Notes under the pieces: generated by a model
What the model was told of the DNA's origin: nothing
What the model saw: only the letters and a program-made list of their open reading frames with translations
Databases searched by the model: none
DNA from: a virus
Lineage: Duplodnaviria > Caudoviricetes
DNA: 64,000 nucleotides
Reading direction: 5' to 3' (one strand)
IMG/VR virus record: IMGVR_UViG_3300015375_000872
Location: 481 to 64,480 of that record
Part shown: positions 16,134 through 25,846 of the stretch, in pieces
Layout: the number at the start of each line of letters is the position of its first letter
Numbering within the stretch: position 1 is the first letter of the stretch
Program-made: the position numbers and the translations under genes

Positions 16134-18452
16134 ATGCTTTCAATCTTAAAAGATATAGAAAACTACACTATTTTTTCTGATATTGATTATATAAAAAGAG
16201 ATGGAAAAAATGTTTATTTAGGTATAAGAATAGGTGAAGATGTCAAGTCAATCAAGTTAAGTTTAGAATCTTTCAAGGTGTATGGATTTATATGTTTTAG
16301 TGTAGCTTTTGACTTTGAAACTCTTGATTCAGGTGAACCCTCTTGTCAGATTTCGAACAAGCGGGTTGTAGAAACCTGTTTAAGACACTCTTATCCTTGC
16401 GCTAGTGATTCAGGTCTAAAGAGTGCTGTTGTAGCTGCAATCAACGAATTAACGAGATTACGCTTAATTGAAAAGATTACCAATCGAGTCAATGGACATT
16501 ATCAAGCCAGCGTCTACCGTTTATGTCCTAAGTCTGAATGGTTTAAAAATCAGAATACCCCTAAAACCTATTCAAAACCATACGGTGAAGGTATTACAGC
16601 CAATAAAAGGGTAGTTGAAAATAACTACTATCAAATCCAGACTACCCTTTTAGAGCCTGAAAACCTTTCAGAGTATGGGATTGAACTCGATTTAGGGGTG
16701 GTTGAAAAATTAACTAATATTAACTCCGGTGATTTATTTGAACTTTCAACTAATAATAAAAATTTAACCACCCCTAAAATACACTCAAACCAATACAATG
16801 AAAGCGTTTCGAGCGATAAAAGGGTGGTTGAGAATAATTACTACGAAATAATAACCACCCCTATAAAACCTGAACCAATTACTGTATATGGTTTTGAGGG
16901 TGATTTAGGGGTGGTTGGAATTGATAACAATAAAACTTGGACTACCCTTTCAGACGCTGTAGAGCATACTGTGTATACATTTGATACTGTTATAGAGGTG
17001 GTTGAAAATTCAATTAATAATAAAAACGATGATTTTTTAGAGGTTTCAACTGTTAATAAAAGTTTGACCACCGTTTCAGACACTGAAACGTATACTCCAT
17101 ACATCTTTGATGGTGATTTAGGGGTAGTCCAAGAAAATGAAATAATTGAAAATGAATCAGGAAACAGTCAAGACGTAGATGATGTAAGCGCTGTGACTGT
17201 TATTGAGTCTGTAGAACTTAAGGAAGGTGAATGTTTAGTAAAATGCCTTGCAACACAAGAGCAGTGGGTTACACAGCTTAAGAACACGCGCAAATTAGCT
17301 GTTCCTAACAAGAATGAAATCACGGTCAAGGTGATTGATTGTCATGATACAGAATTGGTTGGAACTATACTTTTGGGGTTCAAAAAAGGCTGCGAACCCG
17401 TCGAGCTAACGACTTCAGAGAAAATGGGGACTTTGTTACAAATATTTACAAATCGAGTAAAAATACCTGAAATCGATTACGCAGAGGGAGATACAGCCAA
17501 CGAAAATGAAAAATTTGAAAATTCGAGTGTGTATAATAATAATATTAATATTATTAATTATAATAATACAAGTAATATTGATATTAGCATTGATACTAAG
17601 AAACAAGATTTAGAATTACAAGATAATAATATTTTCATAGATATTAATCCTAAAAATATAAAAAAAAATAATAATAAAATCTTACGCGCACATACGCACA
17701 CGCGCGAAGACGAAAATCAAGCGCAGCCAGAAAAAACAGAAGAGGACGGTCAGGGCGAAATTGAAACTGAGATTATCACCGAGCCACCTGAACCTGAGAA
17801 GCCAAAAATCCGAAAATGTTACTTAGACGCTTCTGACCAATCACGCTTGGCTGTCATCTTCAATGAACACAAACCGAAACACTGGAACCCTTTAAAGCTT
17901 GCCAGACATGAACGGAGACAGCTTGAGAGTTACCTTTACGATGAATACCGAGACGGTGGTATTGATGAGCTTTTCAAGGATATTGAAGACGCTCTGGAAT
18001 GGTGCAAACTTCAATCCTATTGGGAAGCAAACAAAGGTGGACTTCATAGCTTGCTTTATAGGGATAATTTTGTGAAATGGAGTCAGAACTATCAAGAGCA
18101 TAAGAAACCCGTCTTAAACGCGACGCTAGACACCGCTAATCAAATGAATGGATGCGACCATCAAACTACTCAAACTGATAACAATACTGCCTTGATTGTC
18201 CCTCCTCCTGTAGTTATCCCTGAACAACAGATTGAGGAACGGACACCAGAACAAGTCAAATGGGCAGAACAGATGATTTTAGCTGCCAAAAAACGCAAGC
18301 TTGAAATATGGCGTGAAGCTGAACAGAAAAAACGCGCAAAACGTGAATATCAATGGTATTTGGAACGACAAAAGGAAAAGGAATATCGAGAAAAACAAAA
18401 CCAACCTAAGCCTGATGAATCTCAATCTCAAGACGATAAAAAGTCGGCTTAA
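16134..18452 (+). CDS. Putative replication initiator with internal repeats
   Basis: wHTH-like N-terminus (VVAAINELTRLRLIEK), repeated KRVVENNYY/DLGVV blocks, Asn-rich linker, C-terminal helical domain; immediately upstream of DnaB. Confidence 0.6.
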   Translation: MLSILKDIENYTIFSDIDYIKRDGKNVYLGIRIGEDVKSIKLSLESFKVYGFICFSVAFDFETLDSGEPSCQISNKRVVETCLRHSYPCASDSGLKSAVVAAINELTRLRLIEKITNRVNGHYQASVYRLCPKSEWFKNQNTPKTYSKPYGEGITANKRVVENNYYQIQTTLLEPENLSEYGIELDLGVVEKLTNINSGDLFELSTNNKNLTTPKIHSNQYNESVSSDKRVVENNYYEIITTPIKPEPITVYGFEGDLGVVGIDNNKTWTTLSDAVEHTVYTFDTVIEVVENSINNKNDDFLEVSTVNKSLTTVSDTETYTPYIFDGDLGVVQENEIIENESGNSQDVDDVSAVTVIESVELKEGECLVKCLATQEQWVTQLKNTRKLAVPNKNEITVKVIDCHDTELVGTILLGFKKGCEPVELTTSEKMGTLLQIFTNRVKIPEIDYAEGDTANENEKFENSSVYNNNINIINYNNTSNIDISIDTKKQDLELQDNNIFIDINPKNIKKNNNKILRAHTHTREDENQAQPEKTEEDGQGEIETEIITEPPEPEKPKIRKCYLDASDQSRLAVIFNEHKPKHWNPLKLARHERRQLESYLYDEYRDGGIDELFKDIEDALEWCKLQSYWEANKGGLHSLLYRDNFVKWSQNYQEHKKPVLNATLDTANQMNGCDHQTTQTDNNTALIVPPPVVIPEQQIEERTPEQVKWAEQMILAAKKRKLEIWREAEQKKRAKREYQWYLERQKEKEYREKQNQPKPDESQSQDDKKSA
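16602..17680. repeat. Candidate replication origin: iteron-like repeats in both orientations plus an AT-rich tract
   Basis: AGGGGTGGTT-type motifs at 16689, 16815, 16902, 16995 and 17115; inverted AACCACCCCT at 16766 and 16853; very AT-rich tract at about 17530-17680. Confidence 0.55.
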
Positions 18453-18503
18453 TTCATCCTTGACCGTCTCTCTTGTAATTTATTTTTCGATTAATTTAAA
18501 ACC

Positions 18504-19973
18504 ATGACCAACCGCAAATTCTCCGTTGTACCTAATCCTGATTTCTCTTCAAATCAACAAAAATATTACTTAGGTTCAAAGTCTCAACATGACATGATTG
18601 TTAACGATGAAGAGATTCTGATTTGTGCTGCTATTATATCACCTGAGAAAATTCCTGTTATTGAGAGTATCGTTAAGCCTGAGCATTTTTTCACACCATC
18701 AAATAAAGAACTATATGCTTCATGTCTTGAACTTTACAAAATAGATAACGGTAAAGTCGAATACCAAACTTTAATAATTTATTTAACTAATCACAATTTG
18801 CTTGATTTTGTTGGTGGATGTGATAAGATAGAAGAAATCTTATCTAAAGTGACTCAGACCTTGAATATTGAGGTCAATGCCAAGAATCTTTTAGATAAGG
18901 CTATCAGGTCTAATTTACAAAAGGAGGGAATTGATATTAACAAAAAAGCACAGGAAAACTTTGGATATTCAACCAAGGAATTGATTCAGGAGGTTGAGGC
19001 AAAAATTCAAAAGCTTAAAGATGAACTTAAATCAATAGATGGTCAAGAGGAAAAATCAAGCTCTTGGTCGTATCTGTCAATGGACTTCGCCATTCAGTTA
19101 TTGGATGATTGGGGTAGTGGAAAGTCATTGGGTTATAGCACCGGAATTAATGACCTTGATGATGCTGTAGGCGGGTTTACTCCTGGTGACTTTATTATGT
19201 TTGCGGGGCCATCGGGAATCGGTAAAACAGCACTTGGCTGTAGTCTTATGCACAAATTCGTGCTTCAAGACATCCCGTGTTTGTTTCTGTCAGGGGAGAT
19301 GCCAGCCAAACAGATAGCTGGAAGGATTTTAAGTTGTCACACTGGTATAAATTCGAGATTACTTGCAAGGGACTATAAAAAGTTAACCGAGCAACAAGTC
19401 TCTGGTTTATTAACTCTGGCTGAACAAACCCAACATTTTCCGATGGCAATCAAGTCAGTTGGTACTGGAATTCGTGAGATTGAAAATGCAATTCAATCAG
19501 CCAAACTGGATGCAATTGAATCTCAGATGAAGCATTTTGATGGCGGATTTAAAGTTGTATTTTTGGATTATTTACAATTGTTGGCAGGAGGTGAAGATAA
19601 ATCTGATAATCGTTCACTTGAGATTGACAGACTTGCTCAATGGTGTAAGCGGTACGCAATTGAAAACGATTGTGTGATTATAGCCTTTGCTCAAATCAAT
19701 GATGATGTTTTAAACCGCAGTGGCAACCGTGTTCCCAATATGAATGATATTGGTTGGTGTCGCACAGCCAAAAATCACGTTGATTATCTAGCATTCCTTT
19801 GGACGGATTATTACAATTCAATGGGAACACAAAACCAAGTTAATGTTATGCCTGATAAGGAAATATTAGAAATTTGGTTCAGGAAAAGTCGCCATACTGG
19901 ATTTTTAGGAAAAGTTGAAACCCTTGTAACCCGGTCAATTTGTCGAGTTGACCCCATAGTCAGACAACCTTAA
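18504..19973 (+). CDS. dnaB: Replicative DNA helicase
   Basis: DnaB N-terminal domain, Walker A AGPSGIGKT, LSGEM, VFLDYLQL, AQIN. Confidence 0.9.
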   Translation: MTNRKFSVVPNPDFSSNQQKYYLGSKSQHDMIVNDEEILICAAIISPEKIPVIESIVKPEHFFTPSNKELYASCLELYKIDNGKVEYQTLIIYLTNHNLLDFVGGCDKIEEILSKVTQTLNIEVNAKNLLDKAIRSNLQKEGIDINKKAQENFGYSTKELIQEVEAKIQKLKDELKSIDGQEEKSSSWSYLSMDFAIQLLDDWGSGKSLGYSTGINDLDDAVGGFTPGDFIMFAGPSGIGKTALGCSLMHKFVLQDIPCLFLSGEMPAKQIAGRILSCHTGINSRLLARDYKKLTEQQVSGLLTLAEQTQHFPMAIKSVGTGIREIENAIQSAKLDAIESQMKHFDGGFKVVFLDYLQLLAGGEDKSDNRSLEIDRLAQWCKRYAIENDCVIIAFAQINDDVLNRSGNRVPNMNDIGWCRTAKNHVDYLAFLWTDYYNSMGTQNQVNVMPDKEILEIWFRKSRHTGFLGKVETLVTRSICRVDPIVRQP

Positions 19974-19988
19974 AAAACTTTAAATATA

Positions 19989-20267
19989 ATGAATAACAAA
20001 ACACGTTTTGAACTAGATGTATGCTTGACCGATTTAAGAAAAAGCCATGAATTGTTATCAGGGTTTAGTCATCATATAAATAAGTCAATAGAGTCATTGG
20101 AAGAGGCAGTTTTCTCTTCTTCTAATGACCCTAATTATGATTTTAGTAAAGCTTTGAACGAATACGAAACCGTTATTCGTTCCTATCGAATTTTAAAAAA
20201 TCAATTGGTGTCACTATCCAAAACTCTTTTAGAATTGAATGGTTATGATTGCAACGTGATGAAATAA
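19989..20267 (+). CDS. Hypothetical protein
   Basis: 92-aa helical ORF. Confidence 0.65.
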   Translation: MNNKTRFELDVCLTDLRKSHELLSGFSHHINKSIESLEEAVFSSSNDPNYDFSKALNEYETVIRSYRILKNQLVSLSKTLLELNGYDCNVMK

Positions 20268-20288
20268 TTTTTGTTAATTAAATATAAA

Positions 20289-20328
20289 AGAATAACCCGG
20301 TAGGAAATAAATCTTGCCGGGTTATTCT
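20289..20328 (+). terminator. Probable terminator
   Basis: AGAATAACCCGG...CCGGGTTATTCT inverted repeat. Confidence 0.65.
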
Positions 20329-20573
20329 AATCAATGCCTTACTTCACTTTGTATTGTCCAAAATTCGTTTCAATTCAATTGGAAAGTTGCCAAGCGTGTT
20401 TTAATTCAATTTACGTTACATTTTAAAACCCTCAATTAGAACATTTTAAAACTTCAATAATTTATAAATTAAATAACTCCAAAAGAAATTAATTTATAAA
20501 TTATTGTTAAACTTTTTTTTATTTCGATAACTTATATTATCATTATATAATAAGAGTTTTCAAGAGAGTTATC

Positions 20574-22652
20574 ATGATTGGAAAAACTGTTAAGTTTAGA
20601 GTAAGTGATAAAAATATAATTCAAAATTTTTTAGTTGTAGAGGAATTTGACAATCAGGTCAAAATTGTTCATGAAGACTTGATAGGGGTTGAGAGTTGTG
20701 AACAATGGGTAGATAAGTCAAAAATTATAATTCAGCCTATTGACGGCCAAGTGTGTGCTGATAGTAATAGAGAAGCGGTCAAGGTTATTGATAATAAAGT
20801 AATAGTTAACGAGAAAGATTTAAAAATATTTGATAGAACTTCTAAACTTATTCCTGATTGGAAACCGAAACGAGATTTAAAACCTTTTAATCAGGTTAAA
20901 ACAATTTATATTGACATTGAAACTTTAGGACTAGACCCTGAGAAAGATAGGATTATTTATATCGGTTTAAAATATTCATCAGGTTACGGTTTTGAAGATA
21001 ATAAAGACCGATTTGAATTAATAACTCATTCTGATGAAAAAATATTATTAGAAAAGTTTGTTAAAATTTTAAAACAATATAAACCTGAGATTTTATCAGG
21101 TTATAACTCGCTACAATTTGATATTCCATTCATAATCAAAAGATGTGAAATATTAGGAGTTAAGCACCCATTTAAAACATCTGATTACAGGGTTACAGTC
21201 AAGACAGCGCAGGTATTTGGTGAAGCAATAAGTTTTCAATCATGCTATCTCTGGGATACTTCATTGATTGACATTTATCATCAAGTGTTAATTCTTGATA
21301 ATGTTAAGCGGGTGCTGACATCTCACACGCTCAAGCAAGCCACAATTCAGATGGGATTGCGTAAAGAACAACGGCTTGAGTTAAGCTATCAAGAGATTCA
21401 AGAATGTTGGCATAAAGGTGATTTAGAAACAATTGAAACATACCTTAAATATGACTTAGATGATACTGAGTTGTTGACTGATTTTTTACTACCATCCGTT
21501 TACTATCAACAGATATTTGTTCCTGGTATGAATGTTCAACGGTTAGCGACAACCGGGAATGGTACAAAATGGCAAGCTGTACTAGAGGAACAATATCATG
21601 AGATAGGTAAAGGAGTATTAGAACCCGATAACCCTTGTGATTATATTGGAGGTTACACAACGGGTTATGCAGGGTTACATCGGAATGTATCAAAGGTTGA
21701 CGTTAGCTCCCTCTACCCATCAATCATGTTAACCTATGGCATCACATCAAGTAAGGATAAAGATAATAAATTTTTAGGTGTTTTAAAATATTTATTGACT
21801 GAAAGATTGCGTTTAAAATATTTAGCTAAAACTGACCCTGAAGCAAATTTAATGCAGGGAGCGTTAAAAGTTCTCATCAATAGCGGGTATGGGGCGTTAA
21901 GCACTAATGGTATACCTTTTAATGATTATGTAGCTGCTGCACTGGTGACAGCTTATGGTCGAAGAATTGCTAATTTAATGGTTGAAATTATTGAGCGTGA
22001 AGGTGGGAAAATCGTAGAAGTTGACACTGATGGTGTAATGTTTAGTTGTTTACCAGGAGACAATCAAAGGATATTTGAAATAGTTCGTGATAACCTTCCT
22101 GATGGTATTGGTTTAGAACATGAATGGCAGGCAAAAGCCGTTTTCATTCCGCCTGTTGACCGTGATTCTAGTGATGGTCTTAGAAAAAATTATTTAGTAT
22201 TTATGCCTAATGGAAAGGTGAAGGCAACCGGAAAGTTTAGAAAGCGTGATGTTTCTGAGCTTGAGAAAAACTTTGTAATTGAATACCTTAAAAATTATCT
22301 TGATAGTCCAGAAAATGCTGAAAAATATTTTAAAGAGAATTTGGATAATATTTTATCTGGTAATTATGAAGTTGATAAATTAAAAATTACCCGTAAGATA
22401 CGAAGGCGAGAAATTGAACTTTTAAAACTTGGTAATCAAGGTGATGTTATCAGTTTTTATGAGACCGATAAAGGTAAGGGTGTCACTGGCGATTATTCAG
22501 TCTCATACTATCAGAATAAAATCAAAAGTATGAGAGAAGAATTATTAACCATTGTTGACCCTGATTTGTTATCAAGGAATCAGAATATTGTTGATGATTC
22601 TTTTGTTGACAATAATACCGTTCAGTTATCTTTATTTTCACAATTAGCTTAG
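20574..22652 (+). CDS. polB: Family B DNA polymerase with 3'-5' exonuclease
   Basis: ExoI DIET, ExoII YNSLQFD, motif A DVSSLYPSIM, motif B KVLINSGYG, motif C VDTDG; C-terminal QLSLF. Confidence 0.93.
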   Translation: MIGKTVKFRVSDKNIIQNFLVVEEFDNQVKIVHEDLIGVESCEQWVDKSKIIIQPIDGQVCADSNREAVKVIDNKVIVNEKDLKIFDRTSKLIPDWKPKRDLKPFNQVKTIYIDIETLGLDPEKDRIIYIGLKYSSGYGFEDNKDRFELITHSDEKILLEKFVKILKQYKPEILSGYNSLQFDIPFIIKRCEILGVKHPFKTSDYRVTVKTAQVFGEAISFQSCYLWDTSLIDIYHQVLILDNVKRVLTSHTLKQATIQMGLRKEQRLELSYQEIQECWHKGDLETIETYLKYDLDDTELLTDFLLPSVYYQQIFVPGMNVQRLATTGNGTKWQAVLEEQYHEIGKGVLEPDNPCDYIGGYTTGYAGLHRNVSKVDVSSLYPSIMLTYGITSSKDKDNKFLGVLKYLLTERLRLKYLAKTDPEANLMQGALKVLINSGYGALSTNGIPFNDYVAAALVTAYGRRIANLMVEIIEREGGKIVEVDTDGVMFSCLPGDNQRIFEIVRDNLPDGIGLEHEWQAKAVFIPPVDRDSSDGLRKNYLVFMPNGKVKATGKFRKRDVSELEKNFVIEYLKNYLDSPENAEKYFKENLDNILSGNYEVDKLKITRKIRRREIELLKLGNQGDVISFYETDKGKGVTGDYSVSYYQNKIKSMREELLTIVDPDLLSRNQNIVDDSFVDNNTVQLSLFSQLA

Positions 22653-22665
22653 GAGTATTTAAACC

Positions 22666-23787
22666 ATGAAATTCATCATCAATCAAGACAAGCTGAATAA
22701 ATATTTAGCCTTTGTTTCTAAAGCTGTTCCTTCACGCCCTAATCATCCAATATTAGCCAATATCCTATTGGATGCTACCAGTGAAAAACAAAAAGTGAAT
22801 CTATCCGGTTTCGATTTAAGTATGGCAATAAAAGCCGAAATTGATGCGGAAGTTAATGAAGGCGGTCAAATGTTACTCCCATCTAAACTATTAACAGATA
22901 TCATATCTAAGCTTGTTGGCGACATTCTTTTTGAATCTAAGGGCGATATCATAAAAATTAAATCGGGCGGTTCTAAGTACCAAATTCAAGGGATGACAGC
23001 AATAGAAGAATATCCTGAATTGGAAACAATTAATGATAACTCTACTGAAATTGAAATTAGTGGTGATACCTTTCTCAAAGGTTTAAAAGGTACATTATTT
23101 GCGTCAAGTCAAGATGAAACAAAGCAAATATTAACCGGAATAAATCTTATTGTTGACCGTGTAGGTTTACACTTTGCTGCAACTGATGGGCATCGGTTAA
23201 GTTATGTTTTAATTGAAAATTTTGATGATGAAAAAGATGAACCATCATCGTTAACTATTCCTTCAAAAGCGTTGAGAGAGGTTAAGCAAATGATAGTAAC
23301 TGATGATAATTTAAAACTTGAATTTGATGATTGTAAGATTTTATTCGATATGGGTGATATTAAACTGCACTGCTTAAAAATGGAGGGGGTATTCCCATCT
23401 TATCAACAGTTAATACCTAAAAGTTTTAACATTTTAATCAACGTTGATAGACGTAATTTCATAGGGTCTTTAGAGCGTGTATCAATTGTTTCTAATTGTA
23501 ATAATGGCATTGCTACCTGTACTGTTGATACTGAAAATCAAATGGTTGGTATATCAGCGATTGCTTCTGATGTTGGAAATGCTAATGAATCTTTACCAGC
23601 ACAAATTACAGGTGATTCATTAGCATTTGCTTTTAATGTTAAGTATTTATTGGAGGGATTAAAAACCATAAATTCAACTGAAATTCAGTTTTCATTGATA
23701 TCAAATACTTCACCATTCACTGTTTCACCTCTTGGTGGTGATGTTAAATCAACTTACTTGGTTATGCCAGTACAATTAAGAAATTAG
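22666..23787 (+). CDS. dnaN: DNA polymerase III beta sliding clamp
   Basis: HPILANILL, AATDGHRL, FNVKYL and C-terminal YLVMPVQLRN, a cyanobacterial-type ending. Confidence 0.95.
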   Translation: MKFIINQDKLNKYLAFVSKAVPSRPNHPILANILLDATSEKQKVNLSGFDLSMAIKAEIDAEVNEGGQMLLPSKLLTDIISKLVGDILFESKGDIIKIKSGGSKYQIQGMTAIEEYPELETINDNSTEIEISGDTFLKGLKGTLFASSQDETKQILTGINLIVDRVGLHFAATDGHRLSYVLIENFDDEKDEPSSLTIPSKALREVKQMIVTDDNLKLEFDDCKILFDMGDIKLHCLKMEGVFPSYQQLIPKSFNILINVDRRNFIGSLERVSIVSNCNNGIATCTVDTENQMVGISAIASDVGNANESLPAQITGDSLAFAFNVKYLLEGLKTINSTEIQFSLISNTSPFTVSPLGGDVKSTYLVMPVQLRN

Positions 23788-23823
23788 ATTTTTTTTAAAA
23801 CACTTAAAAAGGAGATTAAAACC

Positions 23824-24021
23824 ATGTTGATTGAACCTTACACCGGATTACGATTGATTGATTTAGCAACACTAAAAGATGATGAACCGTTCATTATTCC
23901 TAATTTAAACGGTTTAAAAATTGTAGCAACATCTCAACCTGAAAACTATAAAGGCACTGGGATTGAATTGCCTCAAATACCAGGTAAAACCTTTATTATT
24001 TTTAAAGATTCTAATATTTGA
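23824..24021 (+). CDS. Hypothetical protein
   Basis: AAGGAG RBS, 65 aa. Confidence 0.65.
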   Translation: MLIEPYTGLRLIDLATLKDDEPFIIPNLNGLKIVATSQPENYKGTGIELPQIPGKTFIIFKDSNI

Positions 24022-24036
24022 TAATTATAATAATAA

Positions 24037-24045
24037 TGTTATAAT
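24037..24045 (+). promoter_or_regulatory. Extended -10 promoter upstream of the omega-RNA and original nblA leader
   Basis: TGTTATAAT; the same class appears at 12658 and 15716 and on the minus strand at 14265-14273. Confidence 0.55.
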
Positions 24046-24070
24046 TACATCAATTATTGAGGGATGGAAT

Positions 24071-24310
24071 GTCAACAACCCACCACTAATCGGAGTACCG
24101 ATATAGTGGGGGCTTGAAATATAGCCCAAGTTGACCAGACTGAGTACCTTTGCGGTACTACGTTGGCGGTAAGTGTTAAAGTTCTTACCTACAAATGCGA
24201 AGCTAGTTTGTAGCTCTAAAACTTAAAAGTTAAACAGGTTTAAAGGGTTAAGCCAGTGCTTTTAAGAAAGTACCGACCGCTAACATTGTCGAAGCTAACT
24301 TTACCCTAGA
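24071..24310 (+). ncRNA. omega-RNA (HEARO-type) scaffold
   Basis: GTTGACCAGACT, CTACGTT, CTAGTTTGTAGCTCT and AACATTGTCGAAG elements characteristic of IscB-associated RNAs. Confidence 0.85.
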
Positions 24311-24325
24311 AATAGGAGTTATTTC

Positions 24326-25603
24326 ATGTCTAATTACGTTTTCGTAATTGATACAAATAAACAGCCTCAAACCCCAATACATCCTGCTCAAGCTCGATTG
24401 TTATTAAATCAAGGTCAAGCTGCTGTTTATCGTCGTTATCCGTTCACTCTTATTCTGAAGGAGTCAAAACCCAAGCCCAAAATAGAACCAATTACTCTCA
24501 AAATTGACCCCGGTTCAAAAACAACCGGGATTGCATTAGTTCAGGGAAACAAAGTAATTTGGGGAGCCGAATTGACTCATCGAGGTCAAGTCATTAAAAT
24601 GTCTTTGGAATCCCGACGTTCATTACGCCGTTCCCGAAGAAATCGTCATACTCGATATCGTCAAGCACGGTTTTTAAACCGAAAAAGACGTGAAGGTTGG
24701 TTGGCTCCCAGTCTTCAACATCGAGTCGAAACAACTTTAACTTGGGTGAATAAATTAATTAAGTTTGCACCCATTAGTTCAATTGTTCAAGAGTTAGTTA
24801 GATTTGACTTGCAGCAACTTGAAAATCCTGAAATCTCTGGAATTGAATATCAACAAGGAGAGTTACAAGGATACGAAGTTCGACAATACTTACTGGAGAA
24901 ATGGAGTAGAAAATGTGCTTACTGTGGGATAGAAAACGTACCCCTAGAAGTAGAACATATTCATCCTAAATCTAAAGGCGGAACTGACCGGATTTCTAAT
25001 CTTTGTTTAGCTTGTCATGACTGTAACCAAAAGAAAGGGAGTCAAGATATTCAAGATTTTATGTCGGGTAAACCTGACTTACTGCAACGGATTTTAAGGC
25101 AGGCTAAACAACCGTTAAAAGATGCTACTGCGGTTAATTCAACTCGATGGTCACTGTTTAATCGGTTAAAAGAAACGGGTTTATCTGTTTCTACGGGTAG
25201 TGGGGGTTTAACTAAATTCAATCGAACTCGATTAAACTTACCTAAAACCCATTGGTTAGATGCAGCTTGTGTTGGGAAAGTTGAAGCTTTAAAGGTTTTA
25301 ACTAATAAACCTTTGTTGATTAAGGCAACAGGTCATGGTTCAAGACAAATGTGTCGAACAGACAAATTTGGTTTTCCCTCTCGTTATGTTCCCCGCTTTA
25401 AATTTGTCAAAGGCTTTCAGACTGGAGATATTGTTAAAGCTGTTGTTACCAAAGGCAAGAAAATAGGAACCTATTTTGGACGAATTGCTGTTCGTTCTAG
25501 TGGGAGTTTTAATATCACCCTAAAAGCAGCAATTGTTCAAGGCATCAGCTACAAATATTGCACAACAATTCACAAAAAGGATGGTTATTTGTATGCAACA
25601 TAG
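24326..25603 (+). CDS. iscB: RNA-guided endonuclease IscB
   Basis: PLMP-like N-terminus, RuvC-I IDPGSK, arginine-rich bridge helix RRSLRRSRRNR, RuvC-II QEL, HNH CAYC...EHIHP...NLCLACHDCN, RuvC-III HWLDA. Confidence 0.93.
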   Translation: MSNYVFVIDTNKQPQTPIHPAQARLLLNQGQAAVYRRYPFTLILKESKPKPKIEPITLKIDPGSKTTGIALVQGNKVIWGAELTHRGQVIKMSLESRRSLRRSRRNRHTRYRQARFLNRKRREGWLAPSLQHRVETTLTWVNKLIKFAPISSIVQELVRFDLQQLENPEISGIEYQQGELQGYEVRQYLLEKWSRKCAYCGIENVPLEVEHIHPKSKGGTDRISNLCLACHDCNQKKGSQDIQDFMSGKPDLLQRILRQAKQPLKDATAVNSTRWSLFNRLKETGLSVSTGSGGLTKFNRTRLNLPKTHWLDAACVGKVEALKVLTNKPLLIKATGHGSRQMCRTDKFGFPSRYVPRFKFVKGFQTGDIVKAVVTKGKKIGTYFGRIAVRSSGSFNITLKAAIVQGISYKYCTTIHKKDGYLYAT

Positions 25604-25675
25604 ACCCCGACCCCTTTTTCCTCTCACCGCTAATCGGAGTACCGATTTAGCGGGAGTCTCCAAAGGGGAAGACAG

Positions 25676-25846
25676 ATGAATGAAACCAGTCAATCAAATT
25701 TGACACTAGAGCAACAATTCAAGTTAAAAGCATTGAGTGATGATGTTATGAAATTAACGCTACCAGAAGCTCAAGCTTATCTGATAGAGATGTTTAAAAA
25801 GGATATGGTCAAGGATAATTTGATTAAAGAATGGATGAAACGATAA
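25676..25846 (+). CDS. nblA: Phycobilisome degradation adaptor NblA (missed by ORF track)
   Basis: My translation: MNETSQSNLTLEQQFKLKALSDDVMKLTLPEAQAYLIEMFKKDMVKDNLIKEWMKR*. The LTLEQQF...EAQ..L...M.K.N pattern is the NblA signature. Confidence 0.85.
   Translation: MNETSQSNLTLEQQFKLKALSDDVMKLTLPEAQAYLIEMFKKDMVKDNLIKEWMKR

Larger units (their letters stand above)
24071..25675 (+). mobile_element. Non-autonomous IS200/IS605-family IscB element
   Basis: Left end GTCAAC...CCCACCACTAATCGGAGTACCGATATAGTGGGGG; right end CGCTAATCGGAGTACCGATTTAGCG; shared hairpin core; no tnpA. Confidence 0.85.
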
